Source: Patescibacteria group bacterium
Lineage (GTDB): Bacteria > Patescibacteriota > Minisyncoccia > Minisyncoccales > Staskawiczbacteraceae
Direction: 5' to 3'
Assembly: GCA_022703425.1 (NCBI GenBank)
Contig: JAKLDQ010000003.1
Span: 1,729-65,728, forward strand
DNA: 64,000 nt
Shown here piece after piece: positions 1 to 9,432 of this stretch. Made by a program: the position numbers and the translations under genes. Numbering within the stretch: position 1 is the first letter of the stretch; each line of letters begins with the position of its first letter. Below the pieces are notes generated by a model. That model had not been told where the DNA came from. It was given only the letters and a program-made list of their open reading frames with translations, and did not search any database.

Positions 1-677
1 AAAAGAATATAATAAAATATCTCGATAATGATGGCATTTTTGTCTTCGACAAAAAAAACAAAATACTGTCTGAATGGGCGGAGAAAACTGTCGGCAAAAG
101 TGTTGATCCTGCAGAACGCAATATTTTAAACGGTGTAAACGTGCCTTTAATCGGAGAACATAATTTAGATAATATACTGCTTGCGTGGTCTGTCGGCAGG
201 GAGCTGGGTATTGATGATGAGACGATCAAAAAAGCTGTGGAAAAATTTAAACCTTTGCCGCATCGTTTAGAGTTTGTTGGCGATTTCAAAGGAATTAAGT
301 TTTATGACGATGCGATATCAACTACCCCAGAATCGACAATTAAGGCAATCGAATCTCTCGAAAACATAAGCACAATTTTTCTGGGCGGGGAAGACAGGGG
401 TTTTGATTTTTCGGAGCTTGAAAAGGCGCTGCGGAACAACGGGATTAAAAACATTGTTTTATTTCCAAAATCCGGCAATCGAATCTTAAAATCCAGGAAG
501 GGTTTCAATATCTATCAAACAAAAAGCATGCAAAAGGCAGTGGAATTTGCTTTTAAATATTCCGAAAAGGGGAGTGTCTGTCTTTTATCTTGCGCATCCC
601 CGAGTTATTCGCTTTGGAAAAATTTTGAGGAAAAGGGGGACGAATTTAAAAAATTCGTTAAAAAAATCGGCAAATGA
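1..677 (+). CDS. murD: UDP-N-acetylmuramoylalanine--D-glutamate ligase, C-terminal part (5' end upstream of window)
   Basis: Frame is open from base 3. GEHNLDN...KPLPHRLEF...FYDDAISTTPEST matches Mur ligase middle/C-terminal domains. It is followed by ftsW-murG as in dcw clusters. Confidence 0.88.
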   Translation, partial: KNIIKYLDNDGIFVFDKKNKILSEWAEKTVGKSVDPAERNILNGVNVPLIGEHNLDNILLAWSVGRELGIDDETIKKAVEKFKPLPHRLEFVGDFKGIKFYDDAISTTPESTIKAIESLENISTIFLGGEDRGFDFSELEKALRNNGIKNIVLFPKSGNRILKSRKGFNIYQTKSMQKAVEFAFKYSEKGSVCLLSCASPSYSLWKNFEEKGDEFKKFVKKIGK

Positions 678-1795
678 AAAAACACCCAAATTATCATTTG
701 TTTCTAGCAATTTGCGGGCTTATCCTTTTTGGTATTCTTTTTTTGTCAACTTTGTCGGCAAATGAATCGTTGAAAATCTTCGGAAACACCAATTACTACC
801 TTTTTCACCAGCTTGCTGCTATTGGAATCGGTTTGGCTTTTGGTCTTATTGCATATAAAACTCCGGTTCCGGTGCTTAAAAAATTAGCGCCGTTTTTTCT
901 TCTGGTAAACCTCGTTTTGATTGTGCTTATCTTTTTGCCTTTTTTCGGAGTTAAGTTTTGGGGGGCAAAAAGATGGATAAATTTGGGTTTTACCACATTG
1001 CAGCCGTCTGAATTTTTGAAACTTACGTGCATACTGTATTTGTCTGCCTGGCTGTCGAGCCGAGTTTCCGAGAGCCATACAAAGGGCTGGATTTCCGGAA
1101 TGAAAAAAAGCTATTATAATTTGGCATATGTTTTGTTTCCATTTATAGTTGTTTTGGGAATAGTTGTTCTTTGTATGTATTTTCAGCGCGACATTACAAC
1201 TCTTGGAATAATGATTCTGACTCTTCTGATAATTTATTTTTGCGCCAAAACTCCATTGTGGCATACGATTTTGCTCGTTTCCGGAGCAGCGCTTTCATTG
1301 GCTGTTTTTATCGGGCTGGAACCCTACCGCCTAAGCCGGCTCTTAACCTTTCTAAATCCCGATCAGGATCCGATGGGAATGGGATACCAGGTAAAGCAAT
1401 CATTGATAGCCGTTGGGTCGGGTGGAATTTTTGGAAAAGGATGGGGAATGTCAAGCCAAAAATTTGGATTTCTTCCACAGGCAATGTCAGATTCAATCTT
1501 CGCTGTCTTAGGCGAGGAAACCGGCATTATTGGAGCATTTATTGTTCTTTCCCTATTTTTGGTATTTTTGTGGCTTGCCATATCGGTTGCAAGGAACTCA
1601 TCTGACCGCTTTGCGAAATTAACAGCCATTGGCATCGGTTCATGGATAACGATACAGGCATTTGTGAATATCGGCTCGTCTATCGGGCTTCTTCCTCTAG
1701 GCGGAGTCCCTTTGCCATTTTTCAGCTATGGCGGATCCCATGTAATGTCGGAAATTATTGCGATGGGAATTTTGCTGAATATTTCGAAATCATAG
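674..1795 (+). CDS. ftsW: SEDS-family lipid II flippase/peptidoglycan polymerase FtsW
   Basis: 373 aa polytopic membrane protein with SEDS motifs (GAKRWI, QPSEF.K, LPQAMSDSIFA, PFFSYGGS). ATGA overlap with murD; sits between murD and murG. Confidence 0.9.
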   Translation: MKKHPNYHLFLAICGLILFGILFLSTLSANESLKIFGNTNYYLFHQLAAIGIGLAFGLIAYKTPVPVLKKLAPFFLLVNLVLIVLIFLPFFGVKFWGAKRWINLGFTTLQPSEFLKLTCILYLSAWLSSRVSESHTKGWISGMKKSYYNLAYVLFPFIVVLGIVVLCMYFQRDITTLGIMILTLLIIYFCAKTPLWHTILLVSGAALSLAVFIGLEPYRLSRLLTFLNPDQDPMGMGYQVKQSLIAVGSGGIFGKGWGMSSQKFGFLPQAMSDSIFAVLGEETGIIGAFIVLSLFLVFLWLAISVARNSSDRFAKLTAIGIGSWITIQAFVNIGSSIGLLPLGGVPLPFFSYGGSHVMSEIIAMGILLNISKS

Positions 1796-1853
1796 GTGGA
1801 AGCTTTAAATTTCAGCAAACTTTGATATCATAAATGAAGTTATAAAAAGAATC

Positions 1854-2969
1854 ATGAAAATAGTTTTTACCGGCGGAGGCACCGGAGGGCACGTATTTCC
1901 GCTTGTTTCAATAATCAGAGAAATAAGGAGACTGTACCCAAAAAAAGATTTGGAGTGCTATTACTTTGGTCCCAAGGATGAGTTCGGGCTTATTTTACTT
2001 GCTCAGGAAGACATGATAATTAAAAAAATTGTTTCCGGAAAAATAAGAAGGTATTTTTCATTAGAAAACATTGTTGATGTTTTATTCAAAATTCCTTTTG
2101 GATTTATCCAGTCGCTTTTTTTGCTCGGTTTTATTAATCCGCAGCTTGTCTTCAGTAAAGGGGGATCGGGGTCAATAGCTGTTACGTATGCCGCGAGAGT
2201 TCTTGGTATTCCGGTCTTTTTGCACGAGTCGGACGTAGTGCCCGGCCTTTCAAACCAAATAACGTCAAAATGGGCAAAAAAAATCTTTACGTCGTTTGAG
2301 AAGACGGAATATTTTGACCTTAAAAAAGTTACTATTACGGGAAATCCAATCAGAAAAGAAATTTTGGAAGGGGACCTGGAAAAAGCAAAAAAAATATTTG
2401 ACCTTACGCTATCAAAACCTGTGATTTTATTTTCGGGCGGTTCACAAGGGGCACAGGCGATAAATGATTTCGTTTTACTTATTCTAAATGAACTTTTGAA
2501 GGAATTTGAAGTAATACACGTCTGCGGGAAGGATAATCTTGAGCAGGTCAGGAATGAGGCGCAGGTTGTGCTTGAAAAGGATCTTGAAAAATATTACCAT
2601 CCTGTGGGAATTTTGGACGAAGAAAAAATAAAGCACGCATATAAGGCAGCAGATTTCATAATATCCAGATCGGGAGCAGGATCTATATTTGAGATAGCTG
2701 CGGTTGGAAAACCCAGCATTCTTGTTCCTTTGCCTTCTGCTGCGGGAGACCATCAGGCGAAAAATGCGTATGTATACGCAAAAACCGGGGCCGCAGTCAT
2801 TCTTGAACAGGACAATCTCACGCCGCACTTTTTTTCTGAAAAATTTCACGGGCTGATTATGAAACCTGAAGTAATGGAAAAAATGTCCGAGGCTGCCCTG
2901 AGATTTTCAAAACCTTTTGCTGCCAAAGCAGTGGCGAGGGAAATACTTGAGTTTTTTTCTGTACAATAA
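1854..2969 (+). CDS. murG: UDP-GlcNAc:lipid I N-acetylglucosaminyltransferase MurG
   Basis: GGGTGGHVFP N-terminal motif, SRSGAGSIFE and DHQ..NA C-terminal motifs typical of MurG. Confidence 0.92.
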   Translation: MKIVFTGGGTGGHVFPLVSIIREIRRLYPKKDLECYYFGPKDEFGLILLAQEDMIIKKIVSGKIRRYFSLENIVDVLFKIPFGFIQSLFLLGFINPQLVFSKGGSGSIAVTYAARVLGIPVFLHESDVVPGLSNQITSKWAKKIFTSFEKTEYFDLKKVTITGNPIRKEILEGDLEKAKKIFDLTLSKPVILFSGGSQGAQAINDFVLLILNELLKEFEVIHVCGKDNLEQVRNEAQVVLEKDLEKYYHPVGILDEEKIKHAYKAADFIISRSGAGSIFEIAAVGKPSILVPLPSAAGDHQAKNAYVYAKTGAAVILEQDNLTPHFFSEKFHGLIMKPEVMEKMSEAALRFSKPFAAKAVAREILEFFSVQ

Positions 2970-2970
2970 A

Positions 2971-4482
2971 ATGAATATTTGGAAAAAAGAAAAAATAAGA
3001 GTTAGGATTGCACCGTCTCCGACGGGCGCTTTACATATTGGAACTGCGCGAAGCGCGCTTTTTAATTATTTGTTTGCAAAAAAGAACAAAGGATCATTTA
3101 TCCTCAGGATTGAAGATACCGACCTTGAAAGATCGGATTTGAAATGGACACAGGATATAATCGATGGTTTAAAATGGCTGGGAATTGAATGGGATGAGGG
3201 TCCTGATATCGGCGGTGCGTTCGGCCCCTATAAACAAACTCAGCGCATTGAGTCGTATACAAAATACCTCGAAAAACTTTTGGGCGAGGACAAAGCATAT
3301 TTCTGCTTTTGCTCTTCAAAAGATCTCGAAGAAAAAAGGCAGGAACAAATGACTAGGGGAGCGGCTCCAAAATATGACGGAACATGTGCTCATCTTTCAA
3401 AAGAAACCGTCAAAAAAAATATTTCGGAAGGGAGGCCGTCTGTCATCCGGTTTAGAATGCACGAGAAGAAAATAAAATTTAAGGACCTGATAAGGGGGGA
3501 AATCGAATTCGATACCGGACTGATGGGGGATATTGTTATTGCAAAAGACACAAAAACTCCGCTGTATAATTTTGCAGTGGTTGTTGATGATTATGAGATG
3601 CAAATTTCGCATGTAATCCGAGGCGAAGACCACATTGCAAATACGCCGAAACAAATGATGCTGCAGGATGCGCTTTCGTTTAAGCCGCCGGCATATGCCC
3701 ATATTCCTTTAATCCTTGCTCCTGATCGCTCAAAGATGAGTAAAAGGTATGGGTCTGTATCAATCTCAGATTATAAAAACATGGGTTATTTGCCCGAGGC
3801 AGTTATAAATTTTATGGCATTGCTTGGCTGGAATCCGGGAACTGAAAAAGAAATCTTTTCGCTGTCACAGCTTGAAAAAGAATTTTCGCTGGACAAGGTT
3901 CAAAAAGCGGGCGCCGTTTTTAACATTCAACGGCTGGATTTTATAAACGGATACTATATCCGCGAGAAATCGGATAAAAAGGTTGCTGAGCTTTGCTTGC
4001 CGTATCTGATGTCTGCCGGATTGATTGACGGGAACCGAAAAATCAAAGGAGGAGAAGAAGTTTCGGAAAAAAAGCTTGAAAAAATAATCCAGGCATACAA
4101 GGCGCGGCTGAAAAAACTTTCTGAAATTGTTGAACTTGCAGATTTCTTTTTCAAGGAAAAGCTGGAATACAACATGAATAAGTTAAAATGGGGGACTATG
4201 GATTATGCACAGACAATTGAATCGCTAAATTATTCAGAGAAAATATTGTCTGAAATTGATAATTGGGAGCAGAAGATTTTAGAAGAGAAGTTGATGGGTG
4301 CAGCAACAAAATTCAATTTGGAAAAAGGATATCCGGAGAAGAACAGGGGATACTTGCTTTGGCCGCTGCGAGTCGCCCTTTCTGCAAAGGAAGCGTCTGC
4401 CAGTCCGTTTGAGATTGCAGATATTTTGGGAAAGGAAAAAACGTTGCAGAGAATAAACGATGCAATAGAGGCGCTCGCCTAG
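2971..4482 (+). CDS. gltX: glutamate--tRNA ligase
   Basis: RIAPSPTGALHIGTAR (HIGH) and KMSKR (KMSKS) class I motifs. Start moved to ATG 2971 (MNIWKKEKIRVRIAPSPTG); the ORF-track start 2917 overlaps murG. Confidence 0.93.
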   Translation: MNIWKKEKIRVRIAPSPTGALHIGTARSALFNYLFAKKNKGSFILRIEDTDLERSDLKWTQDIIDGLKWLGIEWDEGPDIGGAFGPYKQTQRIESYTKYLEKLLGEDKAYFCFCSSKDLEEKRQEQMTRGAAPKYDGTCAHLSKETVKKNISEGRPSVIRFRMHEKKIKFKDLIRGEIEFDTGLMGDIVIAKDTKTPLYNFAVVVDDYEMQISHVIRGEDHIANTPKQMMLQDALSFKPPAYAHIPLILAPDRSKMSKRYGSVSISDYKNMGYLPEAVINFMALLGWNPGTEKEIFSLSQLEKEFSLDKVQKAGAVFNIQRLDFINGYYIREKSDKKVAELCLPYLMSAGLIDGNRKIKGGEEVSEKKLEKIIQAYKARLKKLSEIVELADFFFKEKLEYNMNKLKWGTMDYAQTIESLNYSEKILSEIDNWEQKILEEKLMGAATKFNLEKGYPEKNRGYLLWPLRVALSAKEASASPFEIADILGKEKTLQRINDAIEALA

Positions 4483-4493
4483 TTTTGCGGTTT

Positions 4494-4506
4494 TTATTGT
4501 GCGACA
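4494..4506 (+). repeat. 13-mer TTATTGTGCGACA, copy 1
   Basis: Exact copy, 11 nt after the gltX stop. GCGACA-17 nt-TAAAAT (4501-4529) could serve as promoter for the next gene. Confidence 0.9.
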
Positions 4507-4551
4507 AAATTGTTTATTTGTATTAAAATTTTATTTTATAAATAAGATAAA

Positions 4552-4944
4552 ATGCAAAGAAAAAACAGCGGATTTATAAAATATCTCGCATTAATAATTA
4601 TTGTTCTCGGTGTGGTTTTTGTGAGCCAGCAGCCGTATTTCAAAAAATATGGTGAAAATCTTGTTTCTGAGGGGGCAAGCATGGGCCAATCCTATATTGC
4701 GAGCGGTTCTGCATGGCTTAAGGATCATCTTTTGGAATCCCTATCGGGGGAAGTGGAAAAGAGGGGAGAGGCGGCAATGGACACCGTGGAAGAAACAAAG
4801 GAAAATATTTCCGATGGCGCTGCAACAAAAATAAAAGATTATTTTTCCGGAATAGTGGATGCAGTGATCCATCCGGGGAAAAGCGCGGTAACTGAACAGC
4901 CGGCAAATTGTCCGCCCGTTGCAAACCCTTATCCGACAAAATAG
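4552..4944 (+). CDS. hypothetical membrane-anchored protein
   Basis: 130 aa ORF with one N-terminal hydrophobic helix (YLALIIIVLGVVFV). No recognisable domain. Confidence 0.5.
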   Translation: MQRKNSGFIKYLALIIIVLGVVFVSQQPYFKKYGENLVSEGASMGQSYIASGSAWLKDHLLESLSGEVEKRGEAAMDTVEETKENISDGAATKIKDYFSGIVDAVIHPGKSAVTEQPANCPPVANPYPTK

Positions 4945-4965
4945 CCTTAGAGGCGTTTTTATGGT

Positions 4966-4994
4966 TTGACACGGCCTGGGGGACGGTTTAATAT
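4966..4994 (+). promoter_or_regulatory. sigma70-like promoter (TTGACA-17-TAATAT)
   Basis: TTGACA 4966-4971, 17-nt spacer, TAATAT 4989-4994, about 50 nt upstream of the ATG at 5045. Confidence 0.5.
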
Positions 4995-5044
4995 AGATAT
5001 AACAAAGTGAGTATAATATCTCTTACACTCAATTTATAAATATA

Positions 5045-6340
5045 ATGAATCAGAAATATTTAAGCAGAAAACCCATTATTGAACACATCGAACCCTTTCT
5101 ATTTTATTGTGCTCAGGAAGGGCTAAAGGAAAAAACAATCGTAAATTACAGTAGATTCCTAAATAAATTTTTGTTGTGGATTAAAGATAGGAATTTTGAT
5201 AGCCTACTCCCCCATCAATTAACATTAGACTATATAAATGACTACCGATTATACCTATCTAAAATTGAAAGTGCAAACCAAAAAGGTAAAAACCTTCATT
5301 TAATCACCCAGAACTACTATTTAATCGCTTTAAGGGCATTTTTAGGCTATTTTGTGGCCAAAGACGTACTTTCCCTACCCCCAGACAAAATAGCTCTTTC
5401 TAGGCCTGTTAATGGCTCCAAAGGCTACAAATATCCCACTAATAAAGAAATTGAGGCGCTTTTATCTGCACCTGATTTTAATAGTATTCTGGGTTTAAGA
5501 AATAAGGCTATATTATACACGATTGCTTTTACGGGCACTAAAGTTCAAAGGCTTGTTGCATTAAACAGAGATTCTTGTGACATTCTGCCCCAAACCATTT
5601 CAAATGTAGTAAAAAATTATTTGAGGTCAAGAAATGACTCAGAGGAAGCTTTGTTTATTAACTACAACGGCCGTAAAGATGCTTCACGCAGATTGACCCC
5701 GAGAATGATAGAAAGGATCGTAAAAAAATACGGAAACAAAGTTGGAATTTCTAATTTGACGCCCGAAAATCTTCGTTCAGCAAATATCATTTCTATGTGG
5801 AACAAAAAGGTTGACGTTGGTAATGTAAGCTGGAAGAAATTTGAAGGCCAGGTAGAAATTAATCATAATTTTTTAAAACAAAATATCTCTGTTTTGCCTG
5901 ATAGGTTTCGAAGCCAGGCTCCTTTAGCAAACCTAATAAGCTGCGATGATTGTGTATTTAGAAAAATTGCAATATTAATTTCTGCCAAAATTATAAGAGC
6001 TTACAGGGCCCGAATTTCAGATATATGGCCCGGCTTTTACTTTGATATGAGCGGGCAAAATTTCTCGCGCCACGGGAAGGAATGGCATCGTAAAATGATC
6101 GATGCGGTTGGGCAATATCATAAAAAAAACGGAGCGGAAATTTCAATTGAACCCGTTTTAGATTATGGGCGGGCAGACTTGGGTATTACAAACAAAAACA
6201 TTTATATTGAAATTGGCACTGTTTCGGTATTTAAGATTTGGTACAATTTAATGGTAATGCCAGAATGTACATTTATTCTTGTGCCAAGCGAAGACACTAT
6301 TATTAAGCTTGAAAAGCATGAAAATATTTTTACCACTTAA
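5045..6340 (+). CDS. degenerate tyrosine-recombinase-like protein fused to a C-terminal PD-(D/E)xK-like (putative nuclease-fold) domain
   Basis: The N-terminus resembles an integrase SAM-like core-binding domain. The catalytic-domain positions are substituted: TGTKVQRL instead of TGLRxSEL, PENLRSA instead of HxLRHS, and no LGHxxxxTTxxY. The C-terminal ~160 aa (HGKEWHRKMID...YGRADLGI...IYIEIGT) looks like a restriction-endonuclease fold. Confidence 0.6.
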   Translation: MNQKYLSRKPIIEHIEPFLFYCAQEGLKEKTIVNYSRFLNKFLLWIKDRNFDSLLPHQLTLDYINDYRLYLSKIESANQKGKNLHLITQNYYLIALRAFLGYFVAKDVLSLPPDKIALSRPVNGSKGYKYPTNKEIEALLSAPDFNSILGLRNKAILYTIAFTGTKVQRLVALNRDSCDILPQTISNVVKNYLRSRNDSEEALFINYNGRKDASRRLTPRMIERIVKKYGNKVGISNLTPENLRSANIISMWNKKVDVGNVSWKKFEGQVEINHNFLKQNISVLPDRFRSQAPLANLISCDDCVFRKIAILISAKIIRAYRARISDIWPGFYFDMSGQNFSRHGKEWHRKMIDAVGQYHKKNGAEISIEPVLDYGRADLGITNKNIYIEIGTVSVFKIWYNLMVMPECTFILVPSEDTIIKLEKHENIFTT

Positions 6341-7256
6341 AGAAGATTATTTGCTAAATCTAAAATCAAATAATTACTCCGACGAAACTGTCTATAATTA
6401 TGAGAGAGATATCGAGGTTTTTGAGAACTTTTTAAGGGATACCGGAGTAGCCTTTGATAAAATTGACAAAAAAACGATTTTAAATTATAAAGCTTATCTT
6501 ATCTCACGGGACCGGCAAACGCCCAAGGCTGGAAAAGGCCTTATAAAATTAAATGCCTTTTCCATTAACCGAATGCTATCTGCGTTGAGGTCATATTTGA
6601 AGTTCATTATTCAAATGGACTATATTTCTCCGATTTCGCCTACGAACATTGAATTAGTAAAAACAATAAAGAAACACCCGAGAGTTTCTGAGTTCGAGGA
6701 GGTCGTCAAAATAATTGAATCGCCTGATAAATTTGAGAAAGATGAGTTTGTTGCCAGAAGAAATCGGGCCATGCTTGAAATACTGTTCTCTACAGGTATG
6801 CGCATATCGGAATTATTAAATCTTAAAAAAGAGCAAATAGATAACACTGGTCGAATTTTCATTCGAGGCAAAGGCAAAAAAGAAAGGTTTGTCTATTTAA
6901 CGGAGCGCGCTCAAAAGCATATAAAAGATTATTTGGGTATAAGGGACTCCGATTCAGCGTATCTTTTTATTCCCCTTCGAGGGATGAATGCTCACAATAA
7001 AGACAAAAAAATCTCCGCGAATTATCTACAGGAGAGAGTGAAGAGATATAGAGAGCTCTTAGAAATTAACATTCCTCTGTCCTGCCACTCCATTAGGCAT
7101 GCGTTTGCAACCTATCTTGCAGAAAATGGCGCAAACCCTGCAGCAATTCAGATACTTCTCGGACACGAATCATTAGACACTACAACTAGATATGTCCATG
7201 CCTCGGATAGATATGCTGAAGATACGCATAAAAAATTTCATCCTTTAAAAAAATAG
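6318..7256 (+). CDS. site-specific tyrosine recombinase, XerC/XerD family
   Basis: ARRNRAMLEILFSTGMRISELLNL, GKGKKER, HSIRHAFATYL and LLGHESLDTTTRYVH together give the complete R-K-H-R-H-Y set. Its start overlaps the end of the previous gene. Confidence 0.88.
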   Translation: MKIFLPLKEDYLLNLKSNNYSDETVYNYERDIEVFENFLRDTGVAFDKIDKKTILNYKAYLISRDRQTPKAGKGLIKLNAFSINRMLSALRSYLKFIIQMDYISPISPTNIELVKTIKKHPRVSEFEEVVKIIESPDKFEKDEFVARRNRAMLEILFSTGMRISELLNLKKEQIDNTGRIFIRGKGKKERFVYLTERAQKHIKDYLGIRDSDSAYLFIPLRGMNAHNKDKKISANYLQERVKRYRELLEINIPLSCHSIRHAFATYLAENGANPAAIQILLGHESLDTTTRYVHASDRYAEDTHKKFHPLKK

Positions 7257-7294
7257 TTCCACAGCGGAAAAGACCTCAAGGAATAATGCCTGTT

Positions 7295-7307
7295 TGTCGC
7301 ACAATAA
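7295..7307 (-). repeat. 13-mer TTATTGTGCGACA, copy 2 (reads on minus strand)
   Basis: Exact copy 38 nt after the recombinase stop, in opposite polarity to that gene. On the plus strand TTGTCG(7294)-17-TAAAAT(7317-7322) forms a promoter-like element for the LAGLIDADG gene. Confidence 0.9.
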
Positions 7308-7344
7308 GATATTTGCTAAAATAAGGTTATTAAAACAAAACAAC

Positions 7345-7833
7345 ATGGAAAAAATCAACATTGCTGCGCTTGTAAATTCTGACGGATGCTTTGATTTGCA
7401 GTTCAGAAAAGACACAAGGCATGAAAGAACCAATGCGCCGACATACTACCGCTGGAAAATACAGTTTGTTGTGACCGGGCCGAAAGAAAGCGCCAAATTA
7501 ATGCAAAAAATAAAAAACGAACTTGAGTGTGGCGAGGTTCATATTACGCGAGACCAAGCGCGATTTTCCGTCCAGAAAATTGACGACATAACGTCTGTTG
7601 TAATTCCATATTTTACAAAAAACAAGTTGGCCGACAAAAAGAGGAAGGATTTTGAGTTGTGGCAAAAAGCAGTTGAAATAATTCATAAAAATAAAGGAAA
7701 ACGCCTGTCCGGCTGGAAAAAGAACGATCTCCACTCGTTGATTGAGATCCAAAAGTCGTGCTCAAAATACAAAAATAGGCCAAGGAGCTCAAAATGGCTG
7801 GAAATGGCTCAAACGCTCGCAAAAACGGTGTAA
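7345..7833 (+). CDS. LAGLIDADG-family homing endonuclease (single-motif type), free-standing
   Basis: IAALVNSDGCF (LAGLIDADG-like motif) and VVIPYFTKNKLADKKRKDFELWQKAVEII are typical of LAGLIDADG HEGs. Start set at ATG 7345. Confidence 0.8.
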   Translation: MEKINIAALVNSDGCFDLQFRKDTRHERTNAPTYYRWKIQFVVTGPKESAKLMQKIKNELECGEVHITRDQARFSVQKIDDITSVVIPYFTKNKLADKKRKDFELWQKAVEIIHKNKGKRLSGWKKNDLHSLIEIQKSCSKYKNRPRSSKWLEMAQTLAKTV

Positions 7834-7834
7834 G

Positions 7835-7868
7835 AAAAAACGGCTCAACGAGCGTTGAGCCGTTTTTT
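7835..7868. terminator. bidirectional intrinsic terminator, AACGGCTCA hairpin family
   Basis: A6-AACGGCTCAACG ag CGTTGAGCCGTT-T6. Confidence 0.75.
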
Positions 7869-7902
7869 AGTCCCCTACTTTATACTGGATTTGTAAGAAA
7901 AT

Positions 7903-7915
7903 TGTCGCACAATAA
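7903..7915 (-). repeat. 13-mer TTATTGTGCGACA, copy 3
   Basis: Exact copy 13 nt after the stop (7929-7931) of the minus-strand DUF3298-like gene, same polarity as that gene. Confidence 0.9.
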
Positions 7916-7928
7916 AACAGAGGGCAAT

Positions 7929-8744
7929 TTAATTCAATTTTGCAGAAAGCGGTCCGGCCGGATCAATGAAGTCTTTAAATTCGGGGTAAGGAATTGTTAC
8001 CTCCTGCGGGCCGGCGGCATATGCGGCAACCTGATATTGCTGGAACAAGATAATTATACCAAAATCATTAAAGCCGACATTGGTATTATAATTATCAGAT
8101 TTTGGCTCTGTCCCCTCTTTTACCCATTCCTCATTGGTCATGGCATTATCTCCCTTTGTAATGTTTGCAATCAAATAATCGCGTGAAAAATCAGATATTT
8201 TTTTTAAATACTCAGAATCGCTTTTAAACACACTATTCCACTCAACCGGCTTGCCGGTTGAAAGATTATAATTTAAATAAACATAATTGGTAGCACCGTG
8301 CGCGCCGCCGGTGAACCTGTAATATTCCATTCTGACAGATAAAATCCGATCAATCACATTGTATGCTTCCGGCAGCGCATAAAATTCACAGGTCCAGTCG
8401 GGGGCATTATCTCCCAGTTTTGAAAAATCGCAATTTTCTCTGGCATCGTTTTTAAACGATTCTGCAACCGCGAACACCGACGATTTGATATGAGCATTTA
8501 TATCTTCCTTTGCCTGACTGTCTCTGATGCCCGAGAACACGGGATAAGTCACTTCTGTTGTATAATTGTCGGCTTTATTTACCTCTTTTTCTGTAATGTT
8601 CTCTTTCGAAATTACAATCTGGTCTATCTGCCTGCTTGCAAGACTTCCGGCTATCGATTTTATTTGGTCCAAATATTCGATTGCTAAAAAAATTCCGGCT
8701 GCAAGTATGACTAATATTAATGCAATAGTAAATATTTTTCTCAT
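7929..8744 (-). CDS. DUF3298/DUF4163-like membrane-anchored protein
   Basis: N-terminal TM helix. YRFTGGAHGATNYVYLNYNLSTGK and FQQYQVAAYAAGPQEVTIPY match my recollection of the DUF4163/DUF3298 (RsiV/PdaC-like) pair. Confidence 0.7.
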   Translation of the reverse strand: MRKIFTIALILVILAAGIFLAIEYLDQIKSIAGSLASRQIDQIVISKENITEKEVNKADNYTTEVTYPVFSGIRDSQAKEDINAHIKSSVFAVAESFKNDARENCDFSKLGDNAPDWTCEFYALPEAYNVIDRILSVRMEYYRFTGGAHGATNYVYLNYNLSTGKPVEWNSVFKSDSEYLKKISDFSRDYLIANITKGDNAMTNEEWVKEGTEPKSDNYNTNVGFNDFGIIILFQQYQVAAYAAGPQEVTIPYPEFKDFIDPAGPLSAKLN

Positions 8745-8745
8745 T

Positions 8746-9432
8746 TTATTTGCCGAATCTTCTCTGGCGGCTGTCGAATTCCGCTAGTGCGGAATCAAAA
8801 TCCTTTTCCGAAAAATCAGGCCAGTATTTGGGAGAAAAATAAAGCTCGGAATAGGCCGCCTGCCAAAGCACGAAGTTTGACATGCGCTTTTCTCCGCCTG
8901 CCCTGATTACAAAGTCCGGACTTGGAAGGCCGGCAGTAGACAGATAATTTTCGAATAATTTTTCGTCGATTTTTTCTGCAGGAATTTTTTCATCGACAAT
9001 TTTTTTGATTGCCTGCAATATGTCCCATTTTCCGCCGTAGCTTATTGCCAGGTTCAAATGGAGATTTTTATTGTTCTTTGTTGCGTCCTCAGTAATTTTG
9101 ATTGCTTCCCGCAAAGGCGCCGGAAGCCTGTCTCTTTGTCCGATAACGCGCACCCTTACGCCGTCCTTGTTGTATTTTTCAATATTGTCCCGGAGGCATT
9201 TTTCAAGAAGTTTCATTAAATAGTCAACCTCTTCTTTTGACCGATTCCAATTTTCAGTTGAAAAACCGAACGCTGTGAGTGTTTTTACGCCCCTTTCTTT
9301 GCACCATTGCGAAAAATCCAGAAGATTGTTGTATCCCTGCTTGTGGCCTTCCAGCGTATGAAGGCCTTTCTCCCTTGCCCACCTCCGGTTGCCGTCAGGA
9401 AATAATACTATGTGTTGCGGTATATGCTCCAT
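8746..9432 (-). CDS. uppS: di-trans,poly-cis-undecaprenyl-diphosphate synthase
   Basis: HIVLFPDGNRRWA, TAFGFSTENWNR and IRAGGEKRMSNFVLWQAAYSELYF are hallmark UppS motifs. Confidence 0.93.
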   Translation of the reverse strand: MEHIPQHIVLFPDGNRRWAREKGLHTLEGHKQGYNNLLDFSQWCKERGVKTLTAFGFSTENWNRSKEEVDYLMKLLEKCLRDNIEKYNKDGVRVRVIGQRDRLPAPLREAIKITEDATKNNKNLHLNLAISYGGKWDILQAIKKIVDEKIPAEKIDEKLFENYLSTAGLPSPDFVIRAGGEKRMSNFVLWQAAYSELYFSPKYWPDFSEKDFDSALAEFDSRQRRFGK

